A DNA stretch of 64,000 nucleotides from Eubacteriales bacterium (GTDB lineage Bacteria; Bacillota; Clostridia; Oscillospirales; RGIG577): positions 99,533-163,532 of the forward strand of contig JBMNPT010000003.1 of NCBI GenBank assembly GCA_050943735.1, given 5' to 3'. Within the stretch, counting starts at the first letter, position 1, and each line of letters begins with the position of its first letter. A model generated the notes under the pieces. The model saw only the letters and a program-made list of their open reading frames with translations, made no database searches and was not told the origin of the DNA. The position numbers and the translations under genes are program-made. Of this stretch, positions 29,972-39,304 are shown piece after piece.

Positions 29972-30298
29972 ATGGATTTGAAGCGGTATTTTCAAAAAAG
30001 CGACTTGATTCCCGCTATCATTCAGGAGGAAAGCACCGGTGAGGTGCTGATGCTGGGATACATGAATGAAGAATCCCTGAAATTGACGCTGGAAACCGGG
30101 AAAACCTGGTTTTGGTCCCGCAGCCGTCAAAAGCTGTGGAACAAGGGGGAGACGTCAGGTCATTTTCAACTGGTGCGCAGCATCCATGGCGACTGCGACG
30201 ACGATACCCTGCTCATTCAGGTGGAACAGATTGGCCCGGCCTGTCATACGGGCAACAAGAGCTGCTTTTTCAACTTGATCCAACAAAAGGAGGACTGA
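29972..30298 (+). CDS. hisI: phosphoribosyl-AMP cyclohydrolase
   Basis: 108 aa. Contains [19 protein letters not shown] and DCDDDTLL. It is a separate gene, not fused to hisE. Confidence 0.9.
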   Translation: MDLKRYFQKSDLIPAIIQEESTGEVLMLGYMNEESLKLTLETGKTWFWSRSRQKLWNKGETSGHFQLVRSIHGDCDDDTLLIQVEQIGPACHTGNKSCFFNLIQQKED

Positions 30299-30302
30299 CC
30301 CA

Positions 30303-30629
30303 ATGGAACAGCTGATACAAAAGGAATACGACCGGATTTTGGAGCGGCGGGCTCACCCCCAGGAGGGCTCCTATACTGCTTATCTTTTTGAAAAGGGACT
30401 GGATAAGATTCTCAAAAAGGTGGGAGAGGAGTGCAGCGAAACCATCATTGCCGCCAAAAACGGCAAAAATGAGGAGACGGTCACCGAAATTGCAGACCTG
30501 ATGTTTCATGTATTGGTAATGATGGCCGATCAAGGCATCACGCCTGACGATGTGGCGGCTATTTTGGCCCAGCGTCAGGCAAAAGAGGGAAACCTGAAAG
30601 TGATGAAGGTAGTGGATAAAAACACCTGA
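30303..30629 (+). CDS. hisE: phosphoribosyl-ATP pyrophosphatase
   Basis: 108 aa. Contains SYTAYLFEKGLDKILKKVGEE and EIADLMFHVLV. Confidence 0.9.
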   Translation: MEQLIQKEYDRILERRAHPQEGSYTAYLFEKGLDKILKKVGEECSETIIAAKNGKNEETVTEIADLMFHVLVMMADQGITPDDVAAILAQRQAKEGNLKVMKVVDKNT

Positions 30630-30667
30630 AAAAAGCAAAACGACCATCCTGAGATGGTCGTTTTTTT
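30630..30667. terminator. bidirectional terminator
   Basis: An A run, then acgaccatc ctga gatggtcgt, then a T run. It lies between convergent hisE and the small Cys-rich ORF. Confidence 0.7.
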
Positions 30668-30668
30668 A

Positions 30669-30866
30669 CTATCCAGTAATGGTGCCTCCGGATTTTCTGG
30701 ACGAATGTTTTTTTTCGGGACGCTGGGTGAAATACAGACAGTCATTGCCCTCCAGACCGCAGCGACTGGACGGTGTTCCCAAATCCCGCAGTGTGCAGGC
30801 GCCATTGCGTTGATACAGACAGGGGTTGGTACATGGAATCAAAAAGATCATCTCCTTCGTTTCCAT
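30669..30866 (-). CDS. small Cys-rich hypothetical protein (65 aa from the Met at 30866)
   Basis: METKEMIFLIPCTNPCLYQRNGACTLRDL...RCGLEGNDCLY has five Cys in a C-x3-C-x9-C ... C-x7-C pattern. The track start at 30911 lies inside the dapB terminator hairpin, so I prefer an internal Met. The RBS is weak. Confidence 0.4.
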   Translation of the reverse strand: METKEMIFLIPCTNPCLYQRNGACTLRDLGTPSSRCGLEGNDCLYFTQRPEKKHSSRKSGGTITG

Positions 30867-30902
30867 AGCTTGCACCCCACGGGCTTTTGCTATACAGCCA
30901 AT

Positions 30903-30946
30903 AAAAACCAACTCCCCGACACGATTTGCCGCATCGGGGAGTTTTT
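30903..30946. terminator. terminator downstream of dapB (bidirectional form)
   Basis: aaaaa cc aactccccga ... tcggggagtt ttt. Confidence 0.65.
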
Positions 30947-30949
30947 AAT

Positions 30950-31717
30950 TCAATTTTGCTGATAACTGGCTACCAGATCCGCCATATCATACAGACCGGC
31001 CGGTTTGCCCGCCATAAAGCAGGCTGCTTTTACAGCGCCTTCCGCAAATACTTCCCGGGAAGCCGCGCTGTGACGCAACTCGATGACCTCATTGGTGCCG
31101 GCGAAAATCACTTCGTGATCGCCTACGATGTTACCGCCGCGAACGGCATGCAGGCCAATTTCCTGTTTTTCCCGCTTCTTCCGCACTGAATGCCGGTCAT
31201 ATACATATTCAGGCTCATAGCGCAGCACCTGGGAAATAGCATCCGCCAACGCCAATGCCGTCCCGCTGGGGGCGTCGATCTTCTGGTTGTGATGCCGCTC
31301 TACAATTTCAATGTCATAATTGTCCTGCAGCACCACCGCCGCACGTTTGAGCAGATCAATGAGCACATTGATACCCAGCGACATATTGGCCGAGAAGAAA
31401 ATGCCCACCTTTTGAGAGGTTTCCCGCAACTGTTGTTTTTGTTCCGCAGAAAGCCCCGTGGTACAAATCACAGCTGGGATCTGTCTGGCCACTGCCATTT
31501 CCAGCAAAGGGGAAAGGCTGGAGGGATGAGAAAAATCAATGATGACATCCGCTTCACCAGTGAATTCCGCCGCCGAAGCCAGCACAGGATAGGTACTCAT
31601 CTGCCGGGTGTTGATGTCCACACCGGCTACAATGGTCACATCCTCAGCCGCTTCGCACAGACGGGTGATGACCTGCCCCATTTTGCCGTTACAACCGCTC
31701 AGTACAATACGAACCAT
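30950..31717 (-). CDS. dapB: 4-hydroxy-tetrahydrodipicolinate reductase
   Basis: Contains MVRIVLSGCNGKMGQ and ERHHNQKIDAPSGTA. Confidence 0.93.
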   Translation of the reverse strand: MVRIVLSGCNGKMGQVITRLCEAAEDVTIVAGVDINTRQMSTYPVLASAAEFTGEADVIIDFSHPSSLSPLLEMAVARQIPAVICTTGLSAEQKQQLRETSQKVGIFFSANMSLGINVLIDLLKRAAVVLQDNYDIEIVERHHNQKIDAPSGTALALADAISQVLRYEPEYVYDRHSVRKKREKQEIGLHAVRGGNIVGDHEVIFAGTNEVIELRHSAASREVFAEGAVKAACFMAGKPAGLYDMADLVASYQQN

Positions 31718-31742
31718 TTTTACACGTCCTTTTTCTTGGGTA

Positions 31743-32627
31743 TCAGATGAGGTGATGCTTACGCAGTTCGCTCTTCAATAGTTCCAGATTTTTTCCTTCC
31801 ATGGGGAAGAGAGGCATCCGCAGATCGCCCATCTTGTAGCCCATCAGGTTCAGAGCAGTCTTGACGGGGATGGGGTTGACTTCCACAAACAGCGCTTCGA
31901 TCAGGCTGAGCAGCTTGAGCTGCAGAGCACAGCTCTCCTGCACTTTACCATCAAAGTACAGCTGGCAAATATCATGAGCTTCCCGGGGCATCACATTGGC
32001 CAGCACCGAGATAACGCCCTGGGCGCCCAGAGAGAGCAAAGGTACGATCTGGTCGTCATTGCCAGAGTACACCTGCATGTCATCTCCGCACAGCTCCTTG
32101 ATCTTTGCGATCTGGGTGATATTGCCGCTGGCCTCCTTGGTGGCCACGATATTGGGGTGTTTTGCCAGTTCCACATAGGTGGCAGGGGTGATGTTGAGCC
32201 CGGTACGGGACGGAACGTTATACAAAATGATTGGGATATCCACCCGGTCCGCAATGTAATTGTAGTGCTTTACCAAGCCGGACTGAGTACACTTGTTGTA
32301 GTAGGGAGTCACCAGCAGCAGGGCGTCAGCGCCCACTTCCTGGGCGTGACGGGACAGATTGGCTGCGTACACGGTGTCATTGGAGCCCGCACCGGCCACC
32401 ACCGGTACCCGGTGATTGACGTGCTTGACTGTGTAGGCGATGACATCCTCATGTTCCTGGTCGGTCATGGTGGAAGACTCGCCGGTGGTTCCTGCGATGA
32501 CAATGGCATCGGTGCCGTTGTCAATGGTAAAATCAATTAAACGTCCCAGCTCATCATAGTTGATGCCCTTTTCATCAAAGGGGGTGGCAATGGCCACACC
32601 GGAGCCTCGGAAAACAACTTTTTTCAT
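31743..32627 (-). CDS. dapA: 4-hydroxy-tetrahydrodipicolinate synthase
   Basis: Contains GSGVAIATPF, GTTGES and YNVPSRTG motifs. Confidence 0.93.
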   Translation of the reverse strand: MKKVVFRGSGVAIATPFDEKGINYDELGRLIDFTIDNGTDAIVIAGTTGESSTMTDQEHEDVIAYTVKHVNHRVPVVAGAGSNDTVYAANLSRHAQEVGADALLLVTPYYNKCTQSGLVKHYNYIADRVDIPIILYNVPSRTGLNITPATYVELAKHPNIVATKEASGNITQIAKIKELCGDDMQVYSGNDDQIVPLLSLGAQGVISVLANVMPREAHDICQLYFDGKVQESCALQLKLLSLIEALFVEVNPIPVKTALNLMGYKMGDLRMPLFPMEGKNLELLKSELRKHHLI

Positions 32628-32660
32628 GGAAATGCCTCCTTCGGATTTGATGGGTAGCGA

Positions 32661-33737
32661 TCAGTCCATGTACCCCTGTTTGGCCAGCAGCTCGGCCAGC
32701 AGCACAGCGCCGCCAGCAGCGCCCCGCAGGGTGTTGTGGGACATACACACAAATTTATAATCGTACTGGGTATCCTCGCGCAGCCGGCCGATGGAAATGG
32801 CCATGCCGTTTTCCAGGTTGCGTTCGCTCTTGATCTGAGGCCGGTCAGGCTCTTCAAAGTAGTGGAGGAACTGCTTGGGAGCGGAGGGGAGATCAAGTTT
32901 CTGTGCCTCGCCCTGGAAGGACGCCCACTTTTCCTTGATTTCTTCTACAGAAGGCTTATTGCGGAAGGTAACAAATACCGCGGCGGTGTGACCATCCGAA
33001 ACGGGTACGCGGAGGCACTGAGCGGTGATGGAAGGAGTGGTGGCATCCACAATCACATCGCCCTGGATGCTGCCCCACAGCTTGAGGGGTTCCTTCTCAG
33101 ACTTTTCCTCTTCGCCGCCGATGTAGGGAATGAGATTATCCACCATTTCAGGCCAGCTTTCAAAGTTTTTGCCGGCGCCGGAAATGGCCTGATAGGTGCA
33201 TACCAATACCTTTTCCACACCATATTCCATCAGGGGGTGAATGGCAGGTACATAGCTCTGCAGAGAGCAGTTGGATTTGACGGCAATAAACCCGCGCTTG
33301 GTGCCCAGACGCTTGCGCTGAGAGGGAATGATGGCGGTGTGGTCCGCGTTGATTTCCGGAACCACCATGGGGACATCCGGGGTGTGACGATGAGCGGAAT
33401 TGTTGGAAACCACAGGGCATTCCGCCTTGGCATAGGCTTCCTCCAATGCCCGAATTTCTTCTTTTTTCATGTCTACCGCGCAAAAGACAAAGTCTACCGT
33501 TTTGGCCACTTCTTCCACTTTGGCGGCATCCATCAGAATCATATTTTCCATGGAAGCGGGAATGGGGGTGGACATTTTCCAGCGGCCCTGTACGGCTTCC
33601 TTATAGGTTTTGCCCGCATTGCGCGACGAGGCTGCCAATGTGGTTACCTGGAACCAGGGGTGATTTTCCAGCAGCGTGGCAAACCGCTGTCCCACCATAC
33701 CGGTCGCTCCGATAATGCCAACCTTATATTGCTTCAT
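32661..33737 (-). CDS. asd: aspartate-semialdehyde dehydrogenase
   Basis: MKQYKVGIIGATGMVGQRF. The ATG at 33737 follows GGAGGG. The track ORF extends to 33815. Confidence 0.92.
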   Translation of the reverse strand: MKQYKVGIIGATGMVGQRFATLLENHPWFQVTTLAASSRNAGKTYKEAVQGRWKMSTPIPASMENMILMDAAKVEEVAKTVDFVFCAVDMKKEEIRALEEAYAKAECPVVSNNSAHRHTPDVPMVVPEINADHTAIIPSQRKRLGTKRGFIAVKSNCSLQSYVPAIHPLMEYGVEKVLVCTYQAISGAGKNFESWPEMVDNLIPYIGGEEEKSEKEPLKLWGSIQGDVIVDATTPSITAQCLRVPVSDGHTAAVFVTFRNKPSVEEIKEKWASFQGEAQKLDLPSAPKQFLHYFEEPDRPQIKSERNLENGMAISIGRLREDTQYDYKFVCMSHNTLRGAAGGAVLLAELLAKQGYMD

Positions 33738-33886
33738 GATTAAACCCTCCTGCTTTGTTTTCCCATGTTTTTCCCGGCTGCATTGTGCAAAAATGGTTGA
33801 AAAACACCCACACAATGGACTATAATAAAAAATATGCCGAGCAATTTAGACAAAAAAACATGTGAATATTTTGCTTATACTTTATC

Positions 33887-33915
33887 ATGATAACATGTTC
33901 AAAAACCAATGTCAA
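33887..33915 (-). promoter_or_regulatory. promoter (TTGACA-N17-TATCAT, minus strand) of asd-dapA-dapB
   Basis: On the plus strand, tgtcaa at 33910-33915 and atgata at 33887-33892. This predicts a leader of about 140 nt. Confidence 0.5.
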
Positions 33916-33938
33916 TTTGATGAAAGCGGGTAATCTCT

Positions 33939-35621
33939 ATGAAAATCAAACGCATTTTTCCCATATTTCTGCTGATTTGTGCAATGCTTGCAGGAAACGC
34001 ATCATCCCTGTCCGTGGATGATGAAACCCCATTCAAAATTGGCCTGCGTTTTGGCTCTTCCGCCACCTTCAATGCCAATTCTCTGTGCGATGGCGGTTAT
34101 ACGGTGGGATATTATGAAGCCGACCAGCGCACCTACCATTCTCTGTACAATCTTTCCAGCGATTATATTTCTGTTGTCACCGACCAGACCTGCTATGTCA
34201 ATACCAGTGGAAATTCTTCCATTTATCAGACATCTGGCAGCGGACGAATCACAGCGGGGCAGTATCATGTACAGCTGAACCAGACTTTTTCCTCGCTGCA
34301 GGACGCGGCTTCCTTTATTTCACAAAACAATTTATCTAACGCATTTCCAGCCTATGAAAATGGCATCTGTTATGTGCGGGTTGGCAATTTTGTCAATCAG
34401 GACGCGGCAGTCGCAGCAGCGGCGGAAAGTGCCTTCCCCGCCCAGGCATCCAACAACGACTATAACCGTCTCACCATTGTGGACATGCGTACCGGTAAAA
34501 TTCTGCTGGAGTATCTGAATTCCAATTATCCTCTGACCCTGCGTTCCAGAGGGGGAGAGATGAAAAACGGTTCCACTTATTACGCTGGCGACTTCCAGTA
34601 CCGGCGGAGCGGCAATACCGTCACTCTCATCAATGTAGTGGACATTCAGGATTACCTGAAGGGAGTTGTGCCCATTGAAATGTCTTCCAGCTGGGAGCTG
34701 GAAGCCCTGAAAGCCCAGGCAGTGGCGGCTCGGAATTACGCTCTGAAAAATCGCAACAAACACAGTTCTTATGGGTTTGACTTGTGTAACGGAACCAACT
34801 GCCAGGCCTATGTGGGTACCAGCCGTTCTGCATCCCGCAGCGACCAGGCAGTGGATGAAACAGACGGAATGGTCCTCACCTACAACGATCAACTCTGTGA
34901 GCTTTATTATCACGCCTCCAGCGGCGGTATGACGGAAAATTCCGAAAATGTATGGGTCACTGCCATTCCTTATCTCACCGCAGTGGAAACGCCCTATGAA
35001 ACTCTTACCACCGCAAACAACGGACTGTGGACCAGCACCGTCACTCCCGAAGAGCTGACGGAATACCTCCAGGGTAAGGGATATGACATCGGCCTCATCT
35101 CTGATTTTTATGTGAGCCAGTTTACCGACGCAGGCAATGTATATGCGGTGAAAGCAGTGGATGTCAATGGGAAATCCATTGAGATCACCAAGGCGACCAT
35201 TCTCAGCAAACTCAGCGCTTATGTAAAGAGTTTGCGGTTTACCATCACCCGGACGGATGGCACCACCACCGGCACAGAAGGCGGAACACAGTTTGTCTTC
35301 CAGGCTGTGGTCAATGATTCCACCATATCCATGGACCCCGATCAGGTAAAAGTGCTCACCGCATCGGGCACTGAGGGATTGGGTGAATCCATTTCGGTGC
35401 TCACTGCGTCAGGACAGCAGAGCTTTTCTCTCACGCAAAATTCCAGCGGCGGGTCCACGCCCACAGGTGATGCAGAAGGATTTGTCATCGATGGCAGAGG
35501 CTGGGGGCACAATGTTGGCATGAGTCAGCGCAGCGCACAGGGAATGGCCGAGCATGGCTGGACATACGAAGAAATCCTCACACACTTTTTCCAGGGAACA
35601 ACACTGACACGCATCAATTGA
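33939..35621 (+). CDS. SpoIID/LytB domain-containing protein (secreted)
   Basis: 560 aa with an N-terminal signal peptide. [11 protein letters not shown] and [16 protein letters not shown] are SpoIID hallmarks. Confidence 0.85.
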   Translation: MKIKRIFPIFLLICAMLAGNASSLSVDDETPFKIGLRFGSSATFNANSLCDGGYTVGYYEADQRTYHSLYNLSSDYISVVTDQTCYVNTSGNSSIYQTSGSGRITAGQYHVQLNQTFSSLQDAASFISQNNLSNAFPAYENGICYVRVGNFVNQDAAVAAAAESAFPAQASNNDYNRLTIVDMRTGKILLEYLNSNYPLTLRSRGGEMKNGSTYYAGDFQYRRSGNTVTLINVVDIQDYLKGVVPIEMSSSWELEALKAQAVAARNYALKNRNKHSSYGFDLCNGTNCQAYVGTSRSASRSDQAVDETDGMVLTYNDQLCELYYHASSGGMTENSENVWVTAIPYLTAVETPYETLTTANNGLWTSTVTPEELTEYLQGKGYDIGLISDFYVSQFTDAGNVYAVKAVDVNGKSIEITKATILSKLSAYVKSLRFTITRTDGTTTGTEGGTQFVFQAVVNDSTISMDPDQVKVLTASGTEGLGESISVLTASGQQSFSLTQNSSGGSTPTGDAEGFVIDGRGWGHNVGMSQRSAQGMAEHGWTYEEILTHFFQGTTLTRIN

Positions 35622-35643
35622 TATAAAAGGAGCTGTACATACA

Positions 35644-36669
35644 TTGGACGTAAAAGACTTTGATTATGAATTGCCACCGGAACTGATCGCGCAGACTCCC
35701 CTTCAAGATCGGGATATGTCAAAGCTGATGGTGGTCAACCGGAAAACCGGCGAGTTGACTGACCGGATTTTTCATGACATTGTGGACTATCTGAATCCCG
35801 GGGATTGCCTGGTACTCAATGACACCAAGGTACTGCCTGCCCGTCTGTATGGAGAAAAAGAGGGAACCGGGGGACAGATGGAATTTCTGCTGCTTCGACA
35901 GGAGGGTCTCCAACGTTGGGAAGTCATGGTGCGTCCCGGCAAACGGGCCAAAGAAGGACGAACCTATGTATTTGGAAATGGACTGCTGAAAGGTACCATT
36001 GCCAAAGTGCTGGACAATGGAAACCGACTGGTGGATTTTCAGTGCGATGGGGACTTTATGGAAGTTTTGAATCGTATTGGACAGATGCCGCTACCGCCTT
36101 ATATCACCCAGCGTCTGGAGGAAGGAGACCGGTATCAGACGGTTTATGCCCATCATGTGGGTTCTGCGGCGGCTCCCACCGCCGGACTGCACTTTACCCC
36201 GCAGCTTCTGGAGCGCATCCGGGAAAAGGGAGTGCAAATTGCCTATGTGACGCTGCATGTGGGAATCGGAACCTTCCGCCCTGTCAAGGTAGAGCACATT
36301 GAGGATCACCAGATGCACAGTGAATGGTACTGTGTCACTGAAGAAACCGCTCAGATCATCAACCGTACCAAAGAACAGGGAGGACGGGTGATTGCTGTGG
36401 GCACCACCAGCTGTCGGACTTTGGAAAGTGCGGGTAATGAACAGGGAATACTCTGCGCCCAGCAAGGTGATACCAGCATTTTTATCTATCCTGGCTACCA
36501 ATTTAAGATCATCGACGGGCTCATCACCAATTTCCATTTGCCCCAGAGTACACTTTTGATGTTGGTGAGTGCATTTTCCAGTCGAGAGATTATGCTTCAC
36601 GCCTACCATACCGCCATTGAGAAACAGTACCGTTTCTTCAGTTTTGGGGATGCGATGTTAATTCTATAA
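35644..36669 (+). CDS. queA: S-adenosylmethionine:tRNA ribosyltransferase-isomerase
   Basis: (M)[23 protein letters not shown]. The start is TTG. The C-terminal [10 protein letters not shown] is canonical. Confidence 0.92.
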   Translation: MDVKDFDYELPPELIAQTPLQDRDMSKLMVVNRKTGELTDRIFHDIVDYLNPGDCLVLNDTKVLPARLYGEKEGTGGQMEFLLLRQEGLQRWEVMVRPGKRAKEGRTYVFGNGLLKGTIAKVLDNGNRLVDFQCDGDFMEVLNRIGQMPLPPYITQRLEEGDRYQTVYAHHVGSAAAPTAGLHFTPQLLERIREKGVQIAYVTLHVGIGTFRPVKVEHIEDHQMHSEWYCVTEETAQIINRTKEQGGRVIAVGTTSCRTLESAGNEQGILCAQQGDTSIFIYPGYQFKIIDGLITNFHLPQSTLLMLVSAFSSREIMLHAYHTAIEKQYRFFSFGDAMLIL

Positions 36670-36736
36670 AAGACGCCCAAAAGCCCTGAAATCACCAATC
36701 CTTCGACAAATATGCAAAAGGCCGAATAGAATACTC

Positions 36737-36777
36737 AAAAAAAGAAGTCCAGGACTGTATAGCCCTGGGCTTCTTTT
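36737..36777 (+). terminator. terminator after queA
   Basis: gaagtccagg ... cctgggcttc (one G:U pair) flanked by an A run and tttt. Confidence 0.6.
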
Positions 36778-36910
36778 CATGCTTCTTTGTACGTGAAAGT
36801 GTGTGTCATACCGTTTTTGAAGTTGATGGAGGAAACTTTGCCATCTGTAACTTCGATGTAGGTGATGATGCTACGGAGAAATACTCTTGGGCTGGTGGGG
36901 TATTGGGGAG

Positions 36911-37158
36911 ATGTGTACAGTGGACATTAAATACCGGCCGCTGACCAAAAACAAGTGCTACATATGGGCCAGAAAGATGGCGTCCAAAGGGATTATGGTG
37001 CACTCCACCGCCATCCCGGAGTGATAGCGGTGCAGTTCATCCGCCTGTGGAATGTGTCGGAGCCAGACGGGAGGAAGGTATGCGTATACGCCTTTGTGGA
37101 CGACAGCGGGGTATACTTAAGCCCTCAAAGCCTTGCAATATCTGGCGCTGTAGAGTAA
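36911..37158 (+). pseudogene. N-acetylmuramoyl-L-alanine amidase (Amidase_2, endolysin-like) N-terminal fragment, frameshifted and truncated
   Basis: Frame A reads MCTVDIKYRPLTKNKCYIWARKMASKGIMVHSTAIPE*. Frame B continues PGVIAVQFIRLWNV..RKVCVYAFVDDSGVY. The join is consistent with a 1-nt loss in the C run at 37015-37017. Only about 80 of an expected 250 or so codons remain. Confidence 0.6.
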
Positions 37159-37181
37159 ACGGCGGAAAATTTCCATGAAGT

Positions 37182-37232
37182 TAAGCGGGAGGGCGATATG
37201 CAAAAAGCATATCACCCTCCCGCTTATTTTTT
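37182..37232 (+). terminator. very strong hairpin terminator (20-bp stem)
   Basis: taagcgggagggcgatatgc aaaaa gcatatcaccctcccgctta (one mismatch) followed by tttttt. The ATG of track ORF 37198 lies inside the stem. Confidence 0.7.
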
Positions 37233-37269
37233 ATGCGTTCCCCCGTGTCCGCGACGTCAGGAAGGATTC

Positions 37270-37467
37270 TATCATGGGCGCAACTCAAACCATCCCGAAG
37301 CCGTAAAGGCAGCGCTAAATCAGACCATCACCGCCGCACTTAAGCGACTGAACTATCGTGTTACCAGCGACAAGGCATTTACAAGGGACCGCGCACTCAC
37401 TCTGGAAATTATGATCCGCCTACTGTTCTCCACGAGCGGCGGCAGTCTGCAAAAGGAACTCCATTAA
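37270..37467 (+). pseudogene. IS4-family-type transposase N-terminal fragment
   Basis: ...KAFTRDRALTLEIMIRLLFSTSGGSLQKEL resembles the DFTRNRKL...GGSL.KEL N-terminal segment of clostridial IS4-like transposases. The ORF stops after it and no DDE domain follows. Confidence 0.45.
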
Positions 37468-37495
37468 AATTTTACAATATAAATATTGGTTTGAT

Positions 37496-37541
37496 AAAAA
37501 ATAATCCCATCCTCCTGCTTTATGCAAAGAGATGGGATTAT
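37496..37541 (-). terminator. terminator of the SLH fragment (minus strand)
   Basis: Arms ataatcccatc / gatgggattat, with an aaaaa run on the plus strand that reads as a T run on the minus strand. Confidence 0.55.
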
Positions 37542-37780
37542 TTTGCCATATCACGGTACAGGAACGTCACGATTTGCTCCCGGGTGCAGGTGCTGTTTGG
37601 GCTGAAGGCGGTGGCGCTGGCGACCTTGGTAATTCCCTGCTGAACAGCCCAGGCCACAGCCCTTGTATAATCCGCACCAACGGCCACATCGGCAAACGAG
37701 GTGGGCTTTGCGGCGAGACTGCCTGCCAGTTTCCACAGGTTGGTTACGGTGGAGACGTTGGTGCGGGGAGGGGTGAATAA
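37538..37780 (-). pseudogene. C-terminal fragment of an SLH-repeat cell-surface protein
   Basis: ...TNLWKLAGSLAAKPTSFADVAVGADYTRAVAWAVQQGITKVASATAFSPNSTCTREQIVTFLYRDMAK is one terminal SLH-like repeat. Upstream, the ORF runs into AT-rich non-homologous sequence. Confidence 0.55.
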
Positions 37781-37906
37781 AATAGAACACCAAAGATGGA
37801 CCAAGATGTTTGGGAAAAATAGAAATAGAAGAGTTAGCATCAGTGTAGTAGGATATAAATAAGTAAAATTGTGGAGCGAGCGCGGGCGTAGAGAAGTGTG
37901 ATTCCA

Positions 37907-38423
37907 ATGTATGGTAAAGAGAAGAAAATTATATCCATTTTTATTAGTATTGGATTATTATTTACAACTACTTCATTCGCATTATCACCATAGGCAGATA
38001 CCATCCAAATACAAAATGTTTTAGAATCAGTTTTGGAATCCGATAATGTAGAAAGTATACAAGATGAGTTATCTGCTTTAACACCTATGGAGTCCCTAAA
38101 AGTTTTACAAGAATTGGCGACTCTTTCAGAAGAAAATAACGCCCCTTCTTTACTGAAAGTGGTATCGGCAATAGATATTAAAGCGATTGGTGAGCAAATC
38201 ACAGAAACGCAGTATTGATACCTTAGAGTCAGATACGTTAACAGAAACATATGTACTATCTTTTATAGATATATTTCATAGTACTCATGAGATAACAGAT
38301 TATCTTCAAAACATGATTGATGCGATAAAGAGGTATTTGTTTGAGAATGAGGATGATAAGAAAGCGAGATCTTATATAATTGGGATATCCCACCATCAGC
38401 ATTTGACTCGAGTGATGTATTGA
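37907..38423 (+). pseudogene. disrupted 5' part of a secreted-protein gene (signal peptide, in-frame TAG, frameshift, in-frame TGA)
   Basis: The ATG at 37907 gives MYGKEKKIISIFISIGLLFTTTSFALSP. A TAG at 37991 interrupts it, and the same frame continues to a TGA at 38216. The +1 frame is open from 38175 to a TGA at 38421, and that frame is the same as the 38445 ORF. Confidence 0.55.
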
Positions 38424-38444
38424 ATCTGGAAAGGATTATTTTGG

Positions 38445-39290
38445 ATGCTGATTAATATTCACATTGATGAATTTAAAAAAAACACGGCTGTATATGCCCT
38501 TGCGGAAATTCCAACAAAGGAATCTGTAGAACCGTTTGCTAATAATTATATTTCGATTAATCCGTCTGTCGTTCGCTATTATTTAAATGTGCAAAATGAA
38601 GTTTTGCAAATATTTATAGTAGGAGATGACCAAGATTTAATTGAAGATATCATTACATTGGCTCAATATGGGAAAGCACAAAAATTCCTGGAATCGGTGC
38701 TTTTGCATGCAATTGGAAATATAGAATTAGTGACTTCTACAAATCATGCTTTGGAGAATATATCTAGTATGCTCGAATATGAGTCAAGAGCAATCATTGG
38801 GAGAAAAGGGTATGCTATTTTTCGAGACGGAGTTTTGGCGATTGAATGGCACTCTGGAATACACAATAGTTTAAATGTAATACACATTGGTGGACCCGTA
38901 GAATATGTTTCAGAGGCTCCATATTCTACCTTTGTGGGATCAAATACTTTTAAAGGGGTGTATGATGCAAGATCAACGTTAAGTACCAGCGACAGGGAAG
39001 ATATATTAAACATCGCATCCTCGCTGATCTCACAACATATTGGATATTCCGTGACTGCGCCAGAGATTAATTTGAACATTTCGGTTGCCCCCAACAGTAA
39101 GATTCAACCGTATCAGATTGCGGCACGGAGATGTGACCAAGTGGTGGAGTATTGTTATGAATATAACGGCATTCCAATTTTAGGCGGCTCCACATGGAAT
39201 ATCTGCTATCCCGCCAACTGGAATAACCATGCAATGACGCCTAGAACGCAAAGTGGCGCCATGGTCAAGATATATGACACGTTTTCATAA
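38445..39290 (+). CDS. hypothetical protein, possible circularly permuted NlpC/P60 (LRAT-like) thiol enzyme; may be the 3' part of the disrupted upstream gene
   Basis: 281 aa and AT-rich. IEWHSGIHNSLNVIHIGGP (H136, H147) and RRCDQVVEY (C230) mimic the LRAT/H-Rev107 pattern HWAIYVGDGYVVHL ... NCEHFV, with similar spacing. By-eye call only. Confidence 0.4.
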   Translation: MLINIHIDEFKKNTAVYALAEIPTKESVEPFANNYISINPSVVRYYLNVQNEVLQIFIVGDDQDLIEDIITLAQYGKAQKFLESVLLHAIGNIELVTSTNHALENISSMLEYESRAIIGRKGYAIFRDGVLAIEWHSGIHNSLNVIHIGGPVEYVSEAPYSTFVGSNTFKGVYDARSTLSTSDREDILNIASSLISQHIGYSVTAPEINLNISVAPNSKIQPYQIAARRCDQVVEYCYEYNGIPILGGSTWNICYPANWNNHAMTPRTQSGAMVKIYDTFS

Positions 39291-39304
39291 ATAGGGGAAA
39301 AGAA

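Noticed and set aside
36776-36792. Possible att-like direct repeat. catgcttctttgtacg at the left edge of the island versus catgctcctccgtagg at 41494-41509 near the right edge, with 12 of 16 positions identical.
   Set aside because: The match is short and imperfect, and nothing supports it outside these 16 nt. It could easily be chance. It needs comparison with an empty site before any claim.
37198-37467. 89-aa track ORF treated as an intact gene.
   Set aside because: Its ATG and first codons lie inside the 20-bp-stem terminator (37182-37232). Only the last roughly 55 codons resemble a protein, a transposase N-terminus. It is called a fragment instead.
37840-38250. 136-aa minus-strand ORF in the AT-rich segment.
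   Set aside because: The translation looks random (rich in I, L, S and C). The plus strand carries the more protein-like acidic, helical sequence with a signal peptide, so this is treated as a shadow ORF.
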